From NCBI GenBank assembly GCA_026770705.1, contig JANJGN010000001.1:39866001-39930000 (forward strand): a stretch of DNA of 64,000 nucleotides. Direction: 5' to 3'. The notes beneath the pieces were generated by a model. It did not search any database. It saw only the letters and a program-made list of their open reading frames with translations, and was not told the DNA's origin. The stretch is from Isurus oxyrinchus. Taxonomy: Eukaryota. The position numbers and the translations under genes were made by a program. Below, piece after piece: positions 26,501-38,361 of this stretch. Every line of letters begins with the position of its first letter. The stretch's first letter is position 1.

Positions 26501-26571
26501 GCATTGGTGGTTCAGTGGTAGAATTCTCGCCTGCCATTTAGGAGGCCTGGGTTAGATTCCTGGCCAATGCA
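26501..26571 (+). pseudogene. tRNA-Gly(GCC)-like slot A copy
   Basis: Same as 579-649. Confidence 0.85.
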
Positions 26572-26731
26572 ACGTTGGAGTTCCGTTGCTCTTTGAGTTC
26601 TTGCTGCACTCTTGCTTGCAATGTCACTGTGTCCTGTGCAGCCACTCAATGTCATTGACAGCTTGATTGGGACTCCAAATTGAAGCGTTTCAAGAAATGA
26701 GCTGCATCAAATTGCAGCTTTCCAGTCTGTG

Positions 26732-26802
26732 GCATTGGTGGTTCAGTGGTAGAATTCTCACCTGCCACGCGGGAGGCCCGGGTTCGATTCCCGGCCAATG
26801 CA
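26732..26802 (+). tRNA. trnaG-GCC: tRNA-Gly(GCC), G30A variant
   Basis: A30:C40 mismatch. Confidence 0.85.
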
Positions 26803-28351
26803 AGGCTCCTTTTGTTCTTATTCCTCTGCACTTTCATTCCTTTATATACTTCACTGCACTGCACACCCGCTCCCACCGGATCAATGTCTTCAGCGCTTTG
26901 CTCATGCAACTTTTCAGCATCTGCTTCATAACAGCCTTCCTTTTTCTTCCAGCTCACTTCAGCACTCCCGCTTCACACACTTGTCTTTAAACACAACGCT
27001 CCTCCTTTCATTTTGTCTTAAAGCCACTCTCTCATCATCAACTTTCTCGACATTTCTACCTTCATCACCTTCTGCAAAATTAAAAGAACCTTCTCACAAC
27101 TTGAGACCTGTTCACTTTTCACTCTGTTCAACCCAACTCACTTCTAACCACGAATTGGTTCTCAGGCCCGATTACTCTGCACAGAATGCAATATCTGGCT
27201 GCGCACACAAACAACAACAACAACAACAAAGTGCTTTGAAATGGCGCCTTTCATGTCGGAGAACAATCCGAAGCTCTTCACAGTGCTGTTTTCCAACAGA
27301 ATTGGCAGGAGGCGGAGTGTCACTTTGCTTCTTTTCAGAGTCCGTTCAGAGTTTCACACCTCATTTACCTGAGGTGATGTTGGTAGGAAAGTGTAAGAGT
27401 CTTTGTAAATGTGTACGGTTTCCCCTTCATCAGCCACAGCTGCTGCAGTTTGAAGAGTCCCAGTTTCTCAAATCTTTCCAAAGAGCCAAAGTTCGTCATC
27501 CTGAGCTGAAGCTGGTTGACCTCTTCTTTCCCTCAGTCGGGAGCCTTGACGTCCTTCCCGAAGCTTGGTGAGCAGAACGACATTCAGGGTACGAGGGCGC
27601 AGGACGTGATAGCACGGTGCTAATGCTGTTGGGATCATGATGCAGAGGCCTGGATAACTCAAATGCTGATGTGAGTTAAGATCCCAGCAAGGCTGCTAGT
27701 GGTTTAAAACAATCGTGTAAATGAACATGGGTTCCAAATGACACTTGTTTGGTGGAGGATTGGGCTGAGACTTCCCTTTGTTTGAAGGCCAATTGTGACC
27801 TTGACAGATTACTCAGGACACAATTAGGGGAAAAAATCTGGCAGGCAGGAAATCAGGAATGGCGCAAGGAGTATTCCTTTGGTCGGAAGGAGCTGGATTC
27901 CATCAAAAAGCTTCAAGTTACAACTTGGCCCGATGCTAGCACAGTCAGGAGGTTGTAAAGAAATGTAGTGGCTTGAAGAAGCTGACATATTGCATGAAGT
28001 GCTAATGCAGTGGTGTGAAGTGAGAGTAAAAATACAGGCCGCAATGATTTGAACAAGTTGTTAGCGTTTTTACATTGATGAGGTGAAGGCAGAGCTGCAC
28101 TGGGGGGGGAATCAGATTGCATGAGAGGGGACTTGAGGCACAGGGCAGGTGGCTTAGAAGAATGTTGAAAGCTTGAAATGTGGTTGTGAATGAAATGGGG
28201 GTATAGAGCGGCTTGAGAGATGTTTGTGGTGTTGTGGCTCAGGTATCAGTGAGAAAATTGGATGCAATTTCGGAATTGAAAAGACATTTGGAGGAACTGG
28301 GATTGGACACAAGTAACAGCATTTGAAAAAAGGCGAATGTGCTAAGCGATT

Positions 28352-28422
28352 GCATTGGTGGTTCAGTGGTAGAATTCTCGCCTGCCATTTAGGAGGCCTG
28401 GGTTAGATTCCTGGCCAATGCA
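28352..28422 (+). pseudogene. tRNA-Gly(GCC)-like slot A copy
   Basis: Same as 579-649. Confidence 0.85.
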
Positions 28423-28582
28423 ACGTTGGAGTTCCGTTGCTCTTTGAGTTCTTGCTGCACTCTTGCTTGCAATGTCACTGTGTCCTGTGCAGCCACTCAA
28501 TGTCATTGACAGCTTGATTGGGACTCCAAATTGAAGCGTTTCAAGAAATGAGCTGCATCAAATTGCAGCTTTCCAGTCTGTG

Positions 28583-28653
28583 GCATTGGTGGTTCAGTGG
28601 TAGAATTCTCGCCTGCCACGCGGGAGGCCGGGGTTCGATTCCCGGCCAATGCA
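28583..28653 (+). tRNA. trnaG-GCC: tRNA-Gly(GCC), C50G variant
   Basis: G50:G64 mismatch. Confidence 0.85.
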
Positions 28654-30203
28654 AGGCTCCTTTTGTTCTTATTCCTCTGCACTTTCATTCCTTTATATAC
28701 TTCACTGCACTGCACACCCGCTCCCACCGGATCAATGTCTTCAGCGCTTTGCTCATGCAACTTTTCAGCATCTGCTTCATAACAGCCTTCCTTTTTCTTC
28801 CAGCTCACTTCAGCACTCCCGCTTCACACACTTGTCTTTAAACACAACGCTCCTCCTTTCATTTTGTCTTAAAGCCACTCTCTCATCATCAACTTTCTCG
28901 ACATTTCTACCTTCATCACCTTCTGCAAAATTAAAAGAACCTTCTCACAACTTGAGACCTGTTCACTTTTCACTCTGTTCAACCCAACTCACTTCTAACC
29001 ACGAATTGGTTCTCAGGCCCGATTACTCTGCACAGAATGCAATATCTGGCTGCGCACACAAACAACAACAACAACAACAAAGTGCTTTGAAATGGCGCCT
29101 TTCATGTCGGAGAACAATCCGAAGCTCTTCACAGTGCTGTTTTCCAACAGAATTGGCAGGAGGCGGAGTGTCACTTTGCTTCTTTTCAGAGTCCGTTCAG
29201 AGTTTCACACCTCATTTACCTGAGGTGATGTTGGTAGGAAAGTGTAAGAGTCTTTGTAAATGTGTACGGTTTCCCCTTCATCAGCCACAGCTGCTGCAGT
29301 TTGAAGAGTCCCAGTTTCTCAAATCTTTCCAAAGAGCCAAAGTTCGTCATCCTGAGCTGAAGCTGGTTGACCTCTTCTTTCCCTCAGTCGGGAGCCTTGA
29401 CGTCCTTCCCGAAGCTTGGTGAGCAGAACGACATTCAGGGTACGAGGGCGCAGGACGTGATAGCACGGTGCTAATGCTGTTGGGATCATGATGCAGAGGC
29501 CTGGATAACTCAAATGCTGATGTGAGTTAAGATCCCAGCAAGGCTGCTAGTGGTTTAAAACAATCGTGTAAATGAACATGGGTTCCAAATGACACTTGTT
29601 TGGTGGAGGATTGGGCTGAGACTTCCCTTTGTTTGAAGGCCAATTGTGCCCTTGACAGATTACTCAGGACACAATTAGGGGAAAAAATCTAGCAGGCAGG
29701 AAACCAGGAATGGCGCAAGGAGTATTCCTTTGGTCGGAAGGAGCTGGATTCCATCAAAAAGCTTGAAGTTACAACTTGGCCCGATGCTAGCACAGTCAGG
29801 AGGTTGTAAAGAAATGTAGTGGCTTGAAGAAGCTGACATATTGCATGAAGTGCTAATGCAGTGGTGTGAAGTGAGAGTAAAAATACAGGCCGCAAATGAT
29901 TTGAACAAGTTGTTAGCGTTTTTACATTGATGAGGTGAAGGCAGAGCTGCACTGGGGGGGGAATCAGATTGCATGAGAGGGGACTTGAGGCACAGGGCAG
30001 GTGGCTTAGAAGAATGTTGAAAGCTTGAAATGTGGTTGTGAATGAAATGGGGGTATAGAGCGGCTTGAGAGATGTTTGTGGTGTTGTGGCTCAGGTATCA
30101 GTGAGAAAATTGGATGCAATTTCGGAATTGAAAAGACATTTGGAGGAACTGGGATTGGACACAAGTAACAGCATTTGAAAAAAGGCGAATGTGCTAAGCG
30201 ATT

Positions 30204-30274
30204 GCATTGGTGGTTCAGTGGTAGAATTCTCGCCTGCCATTTAGGAGGCCTGGGTTAGATTCCTGGCCAATGCA
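30204..30274 (+). pseudogene. tRNA-Gly(GCC)-like slot A copy
   Basis: Same as 579-649. Confidence 0.85.
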
Positions 30275-30434
30275 ACGTTGGAGTTCCGTTGCTCTTTGAG
30301 TTCTTGCTGCACTCTTGCTTGCAATGTCACTGTGTCCTGTGCAGCCACTCAATGTCATTGACAGCTTGATTGGGACTCCAAATTGAAGCGTTTCAAGAAA
30401 TGAGCTGCATCAAATTGCAGCTTTCCAGTCTGTG

Positions 30435-30505
30435 GCATTGGTGGTTCAGTGGTAGAATTCTCACCTGCCACGCGGGAGGCCCGGGTTCGATTCCCGGCCA
30501 ATGCA
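30435..30505 (+). tRNA. trnaG-GCC: tRNA-Gly(GCC), G30A variant
   Basis: A30:C40 mismatch. Confidence 0.85.
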
Positions 30506-32055
30506 AGGCTCCTTTTGTTCTTATTCCTCTGCACTTTCATTCCTTTATATACTTCACTGCACTGCACACCCGCTCCCACCGGATCAATGTCTTCAGCGCT
30601 TTGCTCATGCAACTTTTCAGCATCTGCTTCATAACAGCCTTCCTTTTTCTTCCAGCTCACTTCAGCACTCCCGCTTCACACACTTGTCTTTAAACACAAC
30701 GCTCCTCCTTTCATTTTGTCTTAAAGCCACTCTCTCATCATCAACTTTCTCGACATTTCTACCTTCATCACCTTCTGCAAAATTAAAAGAACCTTCTCAC
30801 AACTTGAGACCTGTTCACTTTTCACTCTGTTCAACCCAACTCACTTCTAACCACGAATTGGTTCTCAGGCCCGATTACTCTGCACAGAATGCAATATCTG
30901 GCTGCGCACACAAACAACAACAACAACAACAAAGTGCTTTGAAATGGCGCCTTTCATGTCGGAGAACAATCCGAAGCTCTTCACAGTGCTGTTTTCCAAC
31001 AGAATTGGCAGGAGGCGGAGTGTCACTTTGCTTCTTTTCAGAGTCCGTTCAGAGTTTCACACCTCATTTACCTGAGGTGATGTTGGTAGGAAAGTGTAAG
31101 AGTCTTTGTAAATGTGTACGGTTTGCCCTTAATCAGCCACAGCTGCTGCAGTTTGAAGAGTCCCAGTTTCTCAAATCTTTCCAAAGAGCCAAAGTTCGTC
31201 ATCCTGAGCTGAAGCTGGTTGACCTCTTCTTTCCCTCAGTCGGGAGCCTTGACGTCCTTCCCGAAGCTTGGTGAGCAGAACGACATTCAGGGTACGAGGG
31301 CGCAGGACGTGATAGCACGGTGCTAATGCTGTTGGGATCATGATGCAGAGGCCTGGATAACTCAAATGCTGATGTGAGTTAAGATCCCAGCAAGGCTGCT
31401 AGTGGTTTAAAACAATCGTGTAAATGAACATGGGTTCCAAATGACACTTGTTTGGTGGAGGATTGGGCTGAGACTTCCCTTTGTTTGAAGGCCAATTGTG
31501 CCCTTGACAGATTACTCAGGACACAATTAGGGGAAAAAATCTAGCAGGCAGGAAATCAGGAATGGCGCAAGGAGTATTCCTTTGGTCGGAAGGAGCTGGA
31601 TTCCATCAAAAAGCTTGAAGTTACAACTTGGCCCGATGCTAGCACAGTCAGGAGGTTGTAAAGAAATGTAGTGGCTTGAAGAAGCTGACATATTGCATGA
31701 AGTGCTAATGCAGTGGTGTGAAGTGAGAGTAAAAATACAGGCCGCAAATGATTTGAACAAGTTGTTAGCGTTTTTACATTGATGAGGTGAAGGCAGAGCT
31801 GCACTGGGGGGGGAATCAGATTGCATGAGAGGGGACTTGAGGCACAGGGCAGGTGGCTTAGAAGAATGTTGAAAGCTTGAAATGTGGTTGTGAATGAAAT
31901 GGGGGTATAGAGCGGCTTGAGAGATGTTTGTGGTGTTGTGGCTCAGGTATCAGTGAGAAAATTGGATGCAATTTCGGAATTGAAAAGACATTTGGAGGAA
32001 CTGGGATTGGACACAAGTAACAGCATTTGAAAAAAGGCGAATGTGCTAAGCGATT

Positions 32056-32126
32056 GCATTGGTGGTTCAGTGGTAGAATTCTCGCCTGCCATTTAGGAGG
32101 CCTGGGTTAGATTCCTGGCCAATGCA
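32056..32126 (+). pseudogene. tRNA-Gly(GCC)-like slot A copy
   Basis: Same as 579-649. Confidence 0.85.
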
Positions 32127-32286
32127 ACGTTGGAGTTCCGTTGCTCTTTGAGTTCTTGCTGCACTCTTGCTTGCAATGTCACTGTGTCCTGTGCAGCCAC
32201 TCAATGTCATTGACAGCTTGATTGGGGCTCCAAATTGAAGCGTTTCAAGAAATGAGCTGCATCAAATTGCAGCTTTCCACTCTGTG

Positions 32287-32357
32287 GCATTGGTGGTTCA
32301 GTGGTAGAATTCTCGCCTGCCACGCGGGAGGCCCGGGTTCGATTCCCGGCCAATGCA
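32287..32357 (+). tRNA. trnaG-GCC: tRNA-Gly(GCC), canonical
   Basis: Identical to 810-880. Confidence 0.98.
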
Positions 32358-33910
32358 AGGCTCCTTTTGTTCTTATTCCTCTGCACTTTCATTCCTTTAT
32401 ATACTTCACTGCACTGCACACCCGCTCCCACCGGATCAATGTCTTCAGCGCTTTGCTCATGCAACTTTTCAGCATCTGCTTCATAACAGCCTTCCTTTTT
32501 CTTCCAGCTCACTTCAGCACTCCCGCTTCACACACTTGTCTTTAAACACAACGCTCCTCCTTTCATTTTGTCTTAAAGCCACTCTCTCATCATCAACTTT
32601 CTCGACATTTCTACCTTCATCACCTTCTGCAAAATTAAAAGAACCTTCTCACAACTTGAGACCTGTTCACTTTTCACTCTGTTCAACCCAACTCACTTCT
32701 AACCACGAATTGGTTCTCAGGCCCGATTACTCTGCACAGAATGCAATATCTGGCTGCGCACACAAACAACAACAACAACAACAACAAAGTGCTTTGAAAT
32801 GGCGCCTTTCATGTCGGAGAACAATCCGAAGCTCTTCACAGTGCTGTTTTCCAACAGAATTGGCAGGAGGCGGAGTGTCACTTTGCTTCTTTTCAGAGTC
32901 CGTTCAGAGTTTCACACCTCATTTACCTGAGGTGATGTTGGTAGGAAAGTGTAAGAGTCTTTGTAAATGTGTACGGTTTCCCCTTCATCAGCCACAGCTG
33001 CTGCAGTTTGAAGAGTCCCAGTTTCTCAAATCTTTCCAAAGAGCCAAAGTTCGTCATCCTGAGCTGAAGCTGGTTGACCTCTTCTTTCCCTCAGTCGGGA
33101 GCCTTGACGTCCTTCCCGAAGCTTGGTGAGCAGAACGACATTCAGGGTACGAGGGCGCGGGACGTGATAGCACGGTGCTAATGCTGTTGGGATCATGATG
33201 CAGAGGCCTGGATAACTCAAATGCTGATGTGAGTTAAGATCCCAGCAAGGCTGCTAGTGGTTTAAAACAATCGTGTAAATGAACATGGGTTCCAAATGAC
33301 ACTTGTTTGGTGGAGGATTGGGCTGAGACTTCCCTTTGTTTGAAGGCCAATTGTGCCCTTGACAGATTACTCAGGACACAATTAGGGGAAAAAATCTAGC
33401 AGGCAGGAAACCAGGAATGGCGCAAGGAGTATTCCTTTGGTCGGAAGGAGCTGGATTCCATCAAAAAGCTTCAAGTTACAACTTGGCCCGATGCTAGCAC
33501 AGTCAGGAGGTTGTAAAGAAATGTAGTGGCTTGAAGAAGCTGACATATTGCATGAAGTGCTAATGCAGTGGTGTGAAGTGAGAGTAAAAATACAGGCCGC
33601 AAATGATTTGAACAAGTTGTTAGCGTTTTTACATTGATGAGGTGAAGGCAGAGCTGCACTGGGGGGGGAATCAGATTGCATGAGAGGGGACTTGAGGCAC
33701 AGGGCAGGTGGCTTAGAAGAATGTTGAAAGCTTGAAATGTGGTTGTGAATGAAATGGGGGTATAGAGCGGCTTGAGAGATGTTTGTGGTGTTGTGGCTCA
33801 GGTATCAGTGAGAAAATTGGATGCAATTTCGGAATTGAAAAGACATTTGGAGGAACTGGGATTGGACACAAGTAACAGCATTTGAAAAAAGGCGAATGTG
33901 CTAAGCGATT

Positions 33911-33981
33911 GCATTGGTGGTTCAGTGGTAGAATTCTCGCCTGCCATTTAGGAGGCCTGGGTTAGATTCCTGGCCAATGCA
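33911..33981 (+). pseudogene. tRNA-Gly(GCC)-like slot A copy
   Basis: Same as 579-649. Confidence 0.85.
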
Positions 33982-34141
33982 ACGTTGGAGTTCCGTTGCT
34001 CTTTGAGTTCTTGCTGCACTCTTGCTTGCAATGTCACTGTGTCCTGTGCAGCCACTCAATGTCATTGACAGCTTGATTGGGACTCCAAATTGAAGCATTT
34101 CAAGAAATGAGCTGCATCAAATTGCAGCTTTCCAGTCTGTG

Positions 34142-34212
34142 GCATTGGTGGTTCAGTGGTAGAATTCTCGCCTGCCACGCGGGAGGCCGGGGTTCGATTC
34201 CCGGCCAATGCA
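34142..34212 (+). tRNA. trnaG-GCC: tRNA-Gly(GCC), C50G variant
   Basis: G50:G64 mismatch. Confidence 0.85.
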
Positions 34213-35765
34213 AGGCTCCTTTTGTTCTTATTCCTCTGCACTTTCATTCCTTTATATACTTCACTGCACTGCACACCCGCTCCCACCGGATCAATGTCTT
34301 CAGCACTTTGCTCATGCAACTTTTCAGCATCTGCTTCATAACAGCCTTCCTTTTTCTTCCAGCTCACTTCAGCACTCCCGCTTCACACACTTGTCTTTAA
34401 ACACAACGCTCCTCCTTTCATTTTGTCTTAAAGCCACTCTCTCATCATCAACTTTCTCGACATTTCTACCTTCATCACCTTCTGCAAAATTAAAAGAACC
34501 TTCTCACAACTTGAGACCTGTTCACTTTTCACTCTGTTCAACCCAACTCACTTCTAACCACGAATTGGTTCTCAGGCCCGATTACTCTGCACAGAATGCA
34601 ATATCTGGCTGCGCACACAAACAACAACAACAACAACAACAAAGTGCTTTGAAATGGCGCCTTTCATGTCGGAGAACAATCCGAAGCTCTTCACAGTGCT
34701 GTTTTCCAACAGAATTGGCAGGAGGCGGAGTGTCACTTTGCTTCTTTTCAGAGTCCGTTCAGAGTTTCACACCTCATTTACCTGAGGTGATGTTGGTAGG
34801 AAAGTGTAAGAGTCTTTGTAAATGTGTACGGTTTGCCCTTAATCAGCCACAGCTGCTGCAGTTTGAAGAGTCCCAGTTTCTCAAATCTTTCCAAAGAGCC
34901 AAAGTTCGTCATCCTGAGCTGAAGCTGGTTGACCTCTTCTTTCCCTCAGTCGGGAGCCTTGACGTCCTTCCCGAAGCTTGGTGAGCAGAACGACATTCAG
35001 GGTACGAGGGCGCAGGACGTGATAGCACGGTGCTAATGCTGTTGGGATCATGATGCAGAGGCCTGGATAACTCAAATGCTGATGTGAGTTAAGATCCCAG
35101 CAAGGCTGCTAGTGGTTTAAAACAATCGTGTAAATGAACATGGGTTCCAAATGACACTTGTTTGGTGGAGGATTGGGCTGAGACTTCCCTTTGTTTGAAG
35201 GCCAATTGTGCCCTTGACAGAGTACTCAGGACACAATTAGGGGAAAAAATCTAGCAGGCAGGAAATCAGGAATGGCGCAAGGAGTATTCCTTTGGTCGGA
35301 AGGAGCTGGATTCCATCAAAAAGCTTCAAGTTACAACTTGGCCCGATGCTAGCACAGTCAGGAGGTTGTAAAGAAATGTAGTGGCTTGAAGAAGCTGACA
35401 TATTGCATGAAGTGCTAATGCAGTGGTGTGAAGTGAGAGTAAAAATACAGGCCGCAAATGATTTGAACAAGTTGTTAGCGTTTTTACATTGATGAGGTGA
35501 AGGCAGAGCTGCACTGGGGGGGGAATCAGATTGCATGAGAGGGGACTTGAGGCACAGGGCAGGTGGCTTAGAAGAATGTTGAAAGCTTGAAATGTGGTTG
35601 TGAATGAAATGGGGGTATAGAGCGGCTTGAGAGATGTTTGTGGTGTTGTGGCTCAGGTATCAGTGAGAAAATTGGATGCAATTTAGGAATTGAAAAGACA
35701 TTTGGAGGAACTGGGATTGGACACAAGTAACAGCATTTGAAAAAAGGCGAATGTGCTAAGCGATT

Positions 35766-35836
35766 GCATTGGTGGTTCAGTGGTAGAATTCTCGCCTGCC
35801 ATTTAGGAGGCCTGGGTTAGATTCCTGGCCAATGCA
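35766..35836 (+). pseudogene. tRNA-Gly(GCC)-like slot A copy
   Basis: Same as 579-649. Confidence 0.85.
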
Positions 35837-35996
35837 ACGTTGGAGTTCCGTTGCTCTTTGAGTTCTTGCTGCACTCTTGCTTGCAATGTCACTGTGTCCT
35901 GTGCAGCCACTCAATGTCATTGACAGCTTGATTGGGACTCCAAATTGAAGCATTTCAAGAAATGAGCTGCATCAAATTGCAGCTTTCCAGTCTGTG

Positions 35997-36067
35997 GCAT
36001 TGGTGGTTCAGTGGTAGAATTTTCGCCTGCCACGCGGGAGGCCTGGGTTCGATTCCCGGCCAATGCA
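35997..36067 (+). tRNA. trnaG-GCC: tRNA-Gly(GCC), C27T+C50T variant with internal TTTT
   Basis: GAATTTTCGCC; both changes give wobble pairs. Confidence 0.8.
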
Positions 36068-37622
36068 AGGCTCCTTTTGTTCTTATTCCTCTGCACTTTC
36101 ATTCCTTTATATACTTCACTGCACTGCACACCCGCTCCCACCGGATCAATGTCTTCAGCGCTTTGCTCATGCAACTTTTCAGCATCTGCTTCATAACAGC
36201 CTTCCTTTTTCTTCCAGCTCACTTCAGCACTCCCGCTTCACACACTTGTCTTTAAACACAACGCTCCTCCTTTCATTTTGTCTTAAAGCCACTCTCTCAT
36301 CATCAACTTTCTCGACATTTCTACCTTCATCACCTTCTGCAAAATTAAAAGAACCTTCTCACAACTTGAGACCTGTTCACTTTTCACTCTGTTCAACCCA
36401 ACTCACTTCTAACCACGAATTGGTTCTCAGGCCCGATTACTCTGCACAGAATGCAATATCTGGCTGCGCACACAAACAACAACAACAACAACAACAACAA
36501 AGTGCTTTGAAATGGCGCCTTTCATGTCAGAGAACAATCCGAAGCTCTTCACAGTGCTGTTTTCCAACAGAATTGGCAGGAGGCGGACTGTCACTTTGCT
36601 TCTTTTCAGAGTCCGTTCAGAGTTTCACACCTCATTTACCTGAGGTGATGTTGGTAGGAAAGTGTAAGAGTCTTTGTAAATGTGTAAGGTTTGCCCTTAA
36701 TCAGCCACAGCTGCTGCAGTTTGAAGAGTCCCAGTTTCTCAAATCTTTCCAAAGAGCCAAAGTTCGTCATCCTGAGCTGAAGCTGGTTGACCTCTTCTTT
36801 CCCTCAGTCGGGAGCCTTGACGTCCTTCCCGAAGCTTGGTGAGCAGAACGACATTCAGGGTACGAGGGCGCAGGACGTGATAGCACGGTGCTAATGCTGT
36901 TGGGATCATGATGCAGAGGCCTGGATAACTCAAATGCTGATGTGAGTTAAGATCCCAGCAAGGCTGCTAGTGGTTTAAAACAATCGTGTAAATGAACATG
37001 GGTTCCAAATGACACTTGTTTGGTGGAGGATTGGGCTGAGACTTCCCTTTGTTTGAAGGCCAATTGTGCCCTTGACAGATTACTCAGGACACAATTAGGG
37101 GAAAAAATCTAGCAGGCAGGAAATCAGGAATGGCGCAAGGAGTATTCCTTTGGTCGGAAGGAGCTGGATTCCATCAAAAAGCTTGAAGTTACAACTTGGC
37201 CCGATGCTAGCACAGTCAGGAGGTTGTAAAGAAATGTAGTGGCTTGAAGAAGCTGACATATTGCATGAAGTGCTAATGCAGTGGTGTGAAGTGAGAGTAA
37301 AAATACAGGCCGCAAATGATTTGAACAAGTTGTTAGCGTTTTTACATTGATGAGGTGAAGGCAGAGCTGCACTGGGGGGGAATCAGATTGCATGAGAGGG
37401 GACTTGAGGCACAGGGCAGGTGGCTTAGAAGAATGTTGAAAGCTTGAAATGTGGTTGTGAATGAAATGGGGGTATAGAGCGGCTTGAGAGATGTTTGTGG
37501 TGTTGTGGCTCAGGTATCAGTGAGAAAATTGGATGCAATTTAGGAATTGAAAAGACATTTGGAGGAACTGGGATTGGACACAAGTAACAGCATTTGAAAA
37601 AAGGCGAATGTGCTAAGCGATT

Positions 37623-37693
37623 GCATTGGTGGTTCAGTGGTAGAATTCTCGCCTGCCATTTAGGAGGCCTGGGTGAGATTCCTGGCCAATGCA
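37623..37693 (+). pseudogene. tRNA-Gly(GCC)-like slot A copy, GGTGAGA B-box variant
   Basis: Slot A changes plus T55G. Confidence 0.85.
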
Positions 37694-37852
37694 ACGTTGG
37701 AGTTCCGTTGCTCTTTGAGTTTTTGCTGCACTCTTGCTTGCAATGTCACTGTGTCCTGTGCAGCCACTCAATGTCATTGACAGCTTGATTTGGACTCCAA
37801 ATTGAAGCATTTCAAGAAATGAGCTGCGTCTGGTGTTGCTTTCCACTCTGTG

Positions 37853-37923
37853 GCATTGGTGGCTCAGTGGTAGAATTCTCGCCTGCCATGCGGGAGGCCT
37901 GGGTTCGATTCCTGGCCAATGCC
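37853..37923 (+). pseudogene. tRNA-Gly(GCC)-like copy in a 219-bp module
   Basis: T11C, C38T, C50T, C63T, A73C; A and B boxes retained. Confidence 0.75.
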
Positions 37924-38071
37924 AGGTCCAAGTTCCGTTGCTCTTTGAGTTCTTGTTTGCAATGTCACTGTGTCCTGTGCGGCCACTCAATGTCATTGAC
38001 AGCTTGATTGGGACTCCAAATTGAAGCATTTCAAGAAATGAGCTGCATCTGGTTTTGTTTTCCACTCTGTG

Positions 38072-38142
38072 GCACTGCTGGCTCAGTGGTAGAATTCTCG
38101 CCTGCTACGTGGGAGGCCTGGGTTCGATTCATGGCCAATGCA
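38072..38142 (+). pseudogene. Gly-derived tRNA-like copy with GCT anticodon
   Basis: GCACTGC 5' end, loop CTGCTAC, T stem 3' side CATGG. Confidence 0.85.
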
Positions 38143-38290
38143 ACGTTGGAGTTCCGTTGCTCTTTGAGTTCTTGCTTGCAATGTCACTGTGTCCTGTACA
38201 GCCACTCAATGTCATTGACAGCTTGATTGGGACTCCAAATTGAAGCATTTCAAGAAATGAGCTGCGTCTGGTGTTGTTTTCCACTCTGTC

Positions 38291-38361
38291 GCGCTGCTGG
38301 CTCAGTGGTAGAATTCTCGCCTGCCATGCGGGAGGCCTGGGTTCGATTCCCGGCCAATGCA
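38291..38361 (+). pseudogene. Degenerate tRNA-Gly(GCC) occupying slot B
   Basis: GCGCTGC 5' acceptor strand (3 changes), T11C, C38T, C50T; followed by the normal TTTT trailer. Confidence 0.8.

Larger units (their letters stand above)
15652..31124 (+). repeat. Dimeric higher-order repeat, 3,703-bp period (1,851+1,852), ~4.2 copies
   Basis: Two unit haplotypes alternate strictly; ORF starts 17540/21243/24946/28649 and 19392/23095/26798/30501 differ by 3,703. Confidence 0.92.

Noticed and set aside
38072-38142. True tRNA-Ser(GCT) gene
   Set aside because: The body is Gly-derived, lacks the long variable arm and has acceptor and T-stem mismatches.
37623-38361. CRISPR-like look of regularly spaced conserved blocks
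   Set aside because: The repeats are 71-nt tRNA copies, the spacers are homologous to one another, there are no cas genes and the context is eukaryotic.
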